A stretch of 64,000 bases of DNA from Pseudomonadota bacterium (lineage in GTDB: Bacteria; Bdellovibrionota_B; Oligoflexia; Oligoflexales; RGVZ01): NCBI GenBank assembly GCA_041178085.1, contig JBEGVZ010000026.1, positions 1-64,000 of the forward strand, read 5' to 3'. A model generated the notes under the pieces. The model ran no database searches. It was not told the origin of the DNA and saw only the letters and a list, made by a program, of their open reading frames with translations. The translations under genes were made by a program, and so were the position numbers. Below, one piece after another: positions 58,394-64,000 of the stretch (within the stretch, counting starts at the first letter, position 1; each line of letters begins with the position of its first letter).

Positions 58394-59848
58394 TCAACCT
58401 CCCGTCATGACGGTACAGCTGCCACAAGAACCCCCGACGCCCCCCTGGCAAGATGAGCAGTCTCCTCCGCAGGCCATGCCGCCACCACAGTTGCCGCTAC
58501 CGCAGTTGCCTCCAGAACACCCGCTGGCTGCCAGGTTGCTAAAGATGCCGGCGTTCTTGCCCAGCTGGCCCGGGTTGATGCGATTTGCTTGCGGCGGCAT
58601 CAGGGATGGCAGGCCGCCACCGCCGCCGCCCCCACCGCCGAGCAATTGGCTGAACAGGGATGACAGGTTGCCGAGGCCCCCCGCGCCGCCGCCCCCACCG
58701 CCAAGCTGCCCCAGCAGCGGCATGAACATTTTCATCAAACTACCGATGTCGAAATTCAGGGCGAGTTCATTCTCTTTCGCTAAGGTGGGATCTGATCCGT
58801 CAAGGGCGAGGAAGCCGCTGCGCACTTCTCCCGGAGGGGTCGCGTTTCCCGTAAGTTCACGTGAAATTTGCAGCAGCGCCTGGTGCACCTGGTCGTAAAC
58901 CTTGTAGGAAGACGGGAAGTCGGCCTTCATCACGGCAAGCGACTCGCTGTTGCAGCTGAGTGATTGCTCCGCATGGGCAAGGAAGTAATCCCTCACCTGG
59001 CTGCGGCGCGCTTCAACGATTCCGGAGTCGAGTGTTCGCGATTCTCCGGCTCGCCTGAAGCTGACCAGATCAAGCAGCGAGGTTTTCGATTTTGCGGCAC
59101 GCAATTCAGATTCCACCTCTTCACCCATGATTGGTTTCAGCGGTGCAAGAGTGTACTTTTTCGATGCAAGGAGGTCGGCCAGGAACGCGTCAGCCAGTTG
59201 TTCCTTGAACGACACAAACTGCATGCTTTCTTTCTGGTTGATGCTGAAGCTGGCACCTTGCCTTGTTGGCGCGGCAAAGCGCGAGTAAAGCTGCGCGTAC
59301 AGGTAACCGAAGATTTGTGGTCCAAAGTAACGGATACGATCCGGGGAAGCGCTGTGGACAATCGTGAAGATCGTTTTCTGGTTTCCCTGCGGGTCGTCAG
59401 CGAAGACGAAGCAACCGTCAGTGATGTCTCCCGTCGTCTGCCCGCTGGCAGTCTGGGCGTTCTTGCAGTAGTCGCCAATTTTTGACGGGTCAGTGATCAT
59501 CACCTGGCCGCCAAGGGTGAGAAAAAGTTTCTGCATCGCCGGGTCGAGCGCAGAGAAGTAGTCTCGAACCGCTTTTTTCAGGGAGGCCTGTTCCTCGCTC
59601 CCCCTGCTCTGCAGGGAACTGCTCTTATCGAGGACGATCCGGTTATCGGGAATCAGAACCTCATTGTTGCCTTTGCATTGGTAAAGCTTGGTGATGCCAC
59701 CAGCTGCGACGGCATCCAAGGTCTTTACGGAGGAATCCTGGGACGCTTTGCACGATGCCAGGAACGAGCCGGCGAGTATCCCGGCAGCTGCAACCTTTAA
59801 CAGACCCGAAAACCCATTGGTGTCGGAAATTGTCGAGCGCTTGCCCAT
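58394..59848 (-). CDS. Lipoprotein with ATLF/LFn-like domain and Gly/Cys-rich C-terminal tail (paralog of 44187-45389)
   Basis: Lipobox LASC. LDPAMQKLFLTLGGQVMITD and FLAHAEQSLSCNSESLAVMKADFPSSY blocks. ELAL followed by a 120-aa tail. GGAGG RBS. Confidence 0.7.
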   Translation of the reverse strand: MGKRSTISDTNGFSGLLKVAAAGILAGSFLASCKASQDSSVKTLDAVAAGGITKLYQCKGNNEVLIPDNRIVLDKSSSLQSRGSEEQASLKKAVRDYFSALDPAMQKLFLTLGGQVMITDPSKIGDYCKNAQTASGQTTGDITDGCFVFADDPQGNQKTIFTIVHSASPDRIRYFGPQIFGYLYAQLYSRFAAPTRQGASFSINQKESMQFVSFKEQLADAFLADLLASKKYTLAPLKPIMGEEVESELRAAKSKTSLLDLVSFRRAGESRTLDSGIVEARRSQVRDYFLAHAEQSLSCNSESLAVMKADFPSSYKVYDQVHQALLQISRELTGNATPPGEVRSGFLALDGSDPTLAKENELALNFDIGSLMKMFMPLLGQLGGGGGGAGGLGNLSSLFSQLLGGGGGGGGGLPSLMPPQANRINPGQLGKNAGIFSNLAASGCSGGNCGSGNCGGGMACGGDCSSCQGGVGGSCGSCTVMTGG

Positions 59849-60033
59849 GTCTTGATTGCCTCCCCCGGTTTAACAAAACTTGTCTGATCGTTTCGGTTTA
59901 TCGGTCGATAAACTATAGCGGCGCCGGAGCGATCTAATTTTCTCCAACAAATACAGTGATTTGCCTGTACGTATTATCTGCGCTTTGGGCTGGTCGTTGT
60001 GGTGGCGGGTCTGAGCGGGGGCGAGTGCCCCGA

Positions 60034-61944
60034 TCAAGGAACCCGGGACACTCTGAGAACTAACGTCGTTCCTGGTTCCATAGCGCCCAGGTAAAGCCCG
60101 CTCGGTACATTCCCCGAACGATGTAGTACGTCCCCTGGAACGCCTTGCCCAGGCAAAACGGCTGGATCAGAAGGAGTCCAGCCCTTACTCATGAACTGGT
60201 CGACAAACAGGTAGCGAGTGTCCGGCGAGTTGATAACCCCCATCGCACCGAGCGCACCGGTGGTGTCTGTGCCGTCCTGCGCGGTGAAGTGGATTGTGGT
60301 TTCATGGGCATTGGCTGGATCCGTATTGGTGACGACCAGCCAGGCGTCCCCGGGCACAGCACCGTGCCGCAAGTAGGAAGTGATCCACTTCGCCTCAGGT
60401 TTCCAGCCATTGGGTCCAGAAAGATCGATCATCGTTCTGGCTGCCCTGGTGTTTGGCAGTTTGAATGGCGCCGAATGCTTCAAGTCCAGCAGCTTTGCAT
60501 AGCCTTCACGCAGTGCCCTGGATGCGACATCCGGGTCCCCTTGCAACCAGGAAAGAACCGCTGGCTGGTGCACGTGATCGAAGATCGACGTCTTGCCGTT
60601 GTCGCCGGCAAAGTTGCCATGTCGAGTCGCATCCTCGCCAAGCTCCTGGCCGCCGTGGACAAGAAAGTGTGCGGGTAGCAGCGCAGCATAGGCAGCAAGT
60701 CCAAGCCCGTACTTGGCCCGGCCCGCGGCATCCCTGATGCCGGGGGCGAAGTGGCGGGAAGCAACTCGAACTTCGTCGTGGTTCTCGATGTACGCAATGA
60801 AGCCAGGGCGTTTCATTTCCATCAGCTGGGATCGCTGCAGGGGAAGGTTTACCGGCGTGACGCGTGGCGCATCTGCATGCCCAGCAGCCCGGGCGTGAAG
60901 CCCCCAGTAAAGTTCCGACATGTAAACAGCGTCGATGCCTGTGGCCAGAAGGGCCTCGTAGGAAAAGCCTGGTACACGCATGCCGGTATCGTTTTCATAA
61001 ACTTCGGCCATCAGGAAAAGTTCAGGATTTTTGCGCCTGACACCTGTGCAGAAGTAACGCCAGAATTCCAGTGGCACGCTGTGGGCAAAATCAATGCGGA
61101 ATCCATCAACTCCGAGTTCAATCCAGTGGCGTGCGACCTCGAGCATCATGTCCCAAGTGCGCGGTCGCGGGTCGTAATGACCTTGGCCCGTGGAAAAATC
61201 GTAACCGTAATTGAGTTTTGCCGTTTCATACCAGTCGTTGATGGATGGCCTGGCCGCACGCAGGTTGTTGCCCGTGACCCGTGCCGGTCGTTCCGGCTGT
61301 ATTCCGGGAGTGCCCGGATCGGTGTCGAAGATGCCATCATGCTGTCGGGCGCTTTTTCTTGACGCAGGAGGAACGAACGTCTGGCCAGGCAGGTAGAAAT
61401 AATGATTGGCCGGCGAGAAGAAAACACTGGGGTCGTCACCATTGCCGAAGTCTGCCCGCCCCGGGACATTGGTGCGGTGCATGCGTGCCGTATGGTTTGG
61501 GATCAGGTCGATCACGATCTTGAGGCCGACGCCGTGGGCGCGATTCAGTGCATCCTTGAAATCGTCGATGGTGCCAATCGCCGGGTCAACATCCCATGCG
61601 TCATGGATGGCGAAGTAACTCCCTGCGTCACCTTTGACCACGTCGGGATCTGTATTGTCCGGGGTTGCGTGTTCCACAACGCCGGTCAACCACACGTAAT
61701 CCACGCCGAGTTCGCGCAAGGAACGCAGATGATCAGTGGTCAACGCATCCAGCCGTCCGGTGTGTTCCCGTCCCTGCCCGGTTGCGGCCCAGGTTCTGAC
61801 TGGCAGCTGGTAAATCACTTGAGCCTGCGTCTTGCTGGATGATGCCATGTCCGGTTCCCGTCCGGCCGGCAAGCCCAGCGCAAGAAGCATTAACGGAATC
61901 CTGTGTAACCACGTGCGACTCATGTCAAAGAAGATTCTCCGCAT
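60034..61944 (-). CDS. GH13 alpha-amylase family glycoside hydrolase
   Basis: IYQL, LGVDYVWLTG, DLIPNH, GVDGFRIDFAH, MAEVY, YIENHDE. Confidence 0.9.
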   Translation of the reverse strand: MRRIFFDMSRTWLHRIPLMLLALGLPAGREPDMASSSKTQAQVIYQLPVRTWAATGQGREHTGRLDALTTDHLRSLRELGVDYVWLTGVVEHATPDNTDPDVVKGDAGSYFAIHDAWDVDPAIGTIDDFKDALNRAHGVGLKIVIDLIPNHTARMHRTNVPGRADFGNGDDPSVFFSPANHYFYLPGQTFVPPASRKSARQHDGIFDTDPGTPGIQPERPARVTGNNLRAARPSINDWYETAKLNYGYDFSTGQGHYDPRPRTWDMMLEVARHWIELGVDGFRIDFAHSVPLEFWRYFCTGVRRKNPELFLMAEVYENDTGMRVPGFSYEALLATGIDAVYMSELYWGLHARAAGHADAPRVTPVNLPLQRSQLMEMKRPGFIAYIENHDEVRVASRHFAPGIRDAAGRAKYGLGLAAYAALLPAHFLVHGGQELGEDATRHGNFAGDNGKTSIFDHVHQPAVLSWLQGDPDVASRALREGYAKLLDLKHSAPFKLPNTRAARTMIDLSGPNGWKPEAKWITSYLRHGAVPGDAWLVVTNTDPANAHETTIHFTAQDGTDTTGALGAMGVINSPDTRYLFVDQFMSKGWTPSDPAVLPGQGVPGDVLHRSGNVPSGLYLGAMEPGTTLVLRVSRVP

Positions 61945-62884
61945 CCTTCACGACAGGCTCGGCGCGGTTTGCGCTGATTTCAAGATGAGCCCTGGCGGCA
62001 GATGAAAATACCCACCAGGTGTTGTCGAGGGTCTTGATCGCCAGCTCATGAGCCACGGAATCGCCCTTCAAGAGTTTCAGGACAAGCTCCGGTTGCTTGC
62101 CAGAAAGCTTCTCTTCGGTTGCCTGGTCGGCGAAACGGATGGCGCGTAGTTTCTCATATTTCTCCAGCCAGTCGGCCACGGCACCCTCAAAGGGCGGCCG
62201 GTCGTTGTTGCCCTGCTTTTTATCTGCTCTGGGAAAGCGTTTTTTACTGGCGCCTTTCTCGATCTCAGCGGCATCCGCTTCCGTGATCTGGCGCGGCGAC
62301 AGGACGGTACGGTCAAAGAAACGTGCGACCGGGTTGTCGTAACCAGAGACCATGTCAGCCTCAAACAGCACAACCCTTTTGCCATCCAGCGAGAGTCCGT
62401 AGCGGTCGGTGGTGCCGAAGCTGTTGGTGCCGAATTGCAAAACCAGCGGCGTGGATTCCTTGTTGCTGGTCTCAATGGTCAGCGTCGTCAAAGGGGGGTT
62501 GAGTCCAAACGCCTTGAGCTGATCTTCGCTCAATCGTGAGGTTTCGGAAATGATCCGTTTCGCCTCGAGCGGCTTGAAAAAGCCAAGCGTCTCGGTGAAA
62601 CGCTCTCCGGCCAGGAATCGGTTTTCGCCCGCCTCGATCCAGAACTGGCCGTCTGCCGCGCGACGCGTAGCGGTAAAGCCAGAGTTGGGTGTCTTGTAGG
62701 TGATCTTGCTGATGTTGCCTGGTTGGACGGAGCCCAACCTCACCGCCTCACCTTCGGTCAGGGATTTTGGGGTGCTGGCCCACCATGCGAGGCCAAGACT
62801 TGCCAGCAACATCCCGCCGTATCTCAGTGTGTCGTTGCCAAGGAAGGATATCTTGCTTTTTTGCGCGGATCGACGCTTGCTCAT
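61925..62884 (-). CDS. DUF4340-like domain protein
   Basis: N-terminal TM segment and LKAFGLNPP motif. Directly downstream of a GldG-like gene. Confidence 0.65.
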   Translation of the reverse strand: MSKRRSAQKSKISFLGNDTLRYGGMLLASLGLAWWASTPKSLTEGEAVRLGSVQPGNISKITYKTPNSGFTATRRAADGQFWIEAGENRFLAGERFTETLGFFKPLEAKRIISETSRLSEDQLKAFGLNPPLTTLTIETSNKESTPLVLQFGTNSFGTTDRYGLSLDGKRVVLFEADMVSGYDNPVARFFDRTVLSPRQITEADAAEIEKGASKKRFPRADKKQGNNDRPPFEGAVADWLEKYEKLRAIRFADQATEEKLSGKQPELVLKLLKGDSVAHELAIKTLDNTWWVFSSAARAHLEISANRAEPVVKDAENLL

Positions 62885-63999
62885 GACTTTGCATCCTTTC
62901 TGCGGCGTTTGCGGCTGCTGCGGATGGTCACGGCCCCTGCCAGCAAGACAGATGCTGGTACGACGATGATGGAACCGTAGAACCAGATCAGGTCTTGTTT
63001 ACCGGTGTGGCGAATCCGGACGTCCTCCTCGTCGGCCATTTTTCCTGCCAGAGCTTGTTCTCCCGCCAGCCACTTGATGGCGTCGGCGGCAAAGGCAAGG
63101 TTGCCCGGGTTGCGAATGAGGGCGTCCGAAAACACTGCGGAATCCGCCGCAAGGACCATCTTCCCATCCTTGCCTCCAGTGTTGGCTGAAGCCACGCCGA
63201 TGGCAACGGAGCCACGTTTTTCGCTCTTCTCATCGAAGGCGTAGTTACGGTTCCGGTCGATGAATGAGTCCGTGAGTGACCTGACCGTGATGGTGTTCCG
63301 CCAGCCGGCAACATCCGGCGTGATCGAGAATGAGCCAGACGCAAAGGTCAGCAAGGCAATTTTGTCGTCATTGCGGGAAAGCGTCTTGGTTGATTCGTGG
63401 CTGCCAAATGAGGTCGTGAACAAAATCCAATTGTCCGCAGGAGAGCGGGTCGCAGTGACGTGGCTGCGTTCGTTGGCGACCGGCAGTGGATCAAATTCAA
63501 TTCCGATGGATGCAAGCCATGGGTTCAATGCGTCCTGGCGACCTTCGGTATCGAGTGCGATGAACAAGGAACCACCACGTGCGGCGTATTCCTTCAGCGC
63601 CTCAACTTCTTCCTTCATCAAGGATTCCCGCGGACCGATCAACATCACCATGGCGGCGTCGTCCGGGACCTTTGTCGCGCTGCCTTCCGCCAGTCCAAAG
63701 GTCTTGAGGTTCCAGTTAAGGTCGCGCAGGAAGCCCTCAAAAAGGCGCGATGAAGCCAGCGGTGAGCCATTAGAGTCAACGTCTGGACTTAGCTCCTTGT
63801 GCCCGCGCATCACATAGGCGTTTTTTTCCCGGGATGTGAGGGCTATGAGTATGCGCTGGATCTCACTGTCGAGTTTTTTCAGGATGGGTCTTGCTGTAGC
63901 CAGGGTAGGGCCAAGGTCGATTCGCTCAGTTCTTGTCCCGGCTTCGGCAATGATGATTCCGGAGCGACTGGTCTTGAACTTTTCTGCGGCTGCCGGATC
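62881..63999 (-). CDS. GldG-like ABC transporter auxiliary protein (5' partial)
   Basis: Frame is open to the window edge. GHKE, VPDDAAMVMLIGP, YAARGGSLF, GNLAF...IKWL, C-terminal TM with basic tail. Confidence 0.75.
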   Translation of the reverse strand, partial: DPAAAEKFKTSRSGIIIAEAGTRTERIDLGPTLATARPILKKLDSEIQRILIALTSREKNAYVMRGHKELSPDVDSNGSPLASSRLFEGFLRDLNWNLKTFGLAEGSATKVPDDAAMVMLIGPRESLMKEEVEALKEYAARGGSLFIALDTEGRQDALNPWLASIGIEFDPLPVANERSHVTATRSPADNWILFTTSFGSHESTKTLSRNDDKIALLTFASGSFSITPDVAGWRNTITVRSLTDSFIDRNRNYAFDEKSEKRGSVAIGVASANTGGKDGKMVLAADSAVFSDALIRNPGNLAFAADAIKWLAGEQALAGKMADEEDVRIRHTGKQDLIWFYGSIIVVPASVLLAGAVTIRSSRKRRRKDAKS

Positions 64000-64000
64000 C

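Noticed and set aside
58338..58898. Proline-rich 186-aa ORF
   Set aside because: It is simply the reverse complement of the poly-Gly tail of 58394-59848.
1..64000. CRISPR arrays, IS elements, prophage, rRNA/tRNA
   Set aside because: No spaced direct repeats, transposase, integrase or phage ORFs, or RNA-gene signatures were seen. A cmscan/tRNAscan run would be the definitive check.

Overview
Gene-dense bacterial chromosome segment with about 51 CDSs. I recognised no rRNA, tRNA, CRISPR array, transposase or integrase. Gene content suggests Bdellovibrionota/Oligoflexia-like 'deltaproteobacteria' (inference from the CFI-box-CTERM protein, PrkA, GldG/DUF4340, Hanks-type kinase and many lipoproteins). 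Housekeeping genes: hutU, infC, rpsP-rimM-trmD, ligA, gmk, relA/spoT, recD2, hpf, ung, and a carboxylase/AtuA/hydratase acyl-CoA catabolic operon. The standout is a pair of dispersed paralogous lipoproteins (44187-45389 + and 58394-59848 -). They share a domain resembling the catalytically dead anthrax-lethal-factor (ATLF/LFn) fold and an identical ELAL motif. After ELAL their Gly-rich tails are unrelated: one is an arginine-striped cationic helix, the other ends in an 8-Cys RiPP-like peptide. Each lies near a subtilase and behind a sigma28-like promoter, making them a candidate polymorphic secreted-peptide system. Other observations: a window-wide set of sigma28-like promoters, a structured RNA candidate at 45.9 kb, a Bcp with a histone-like tail, an IrrE-like pseudo-protease and a triple zinc-finger protein with an internal start. 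All family calls are by-eye motif recognition, not database searches.
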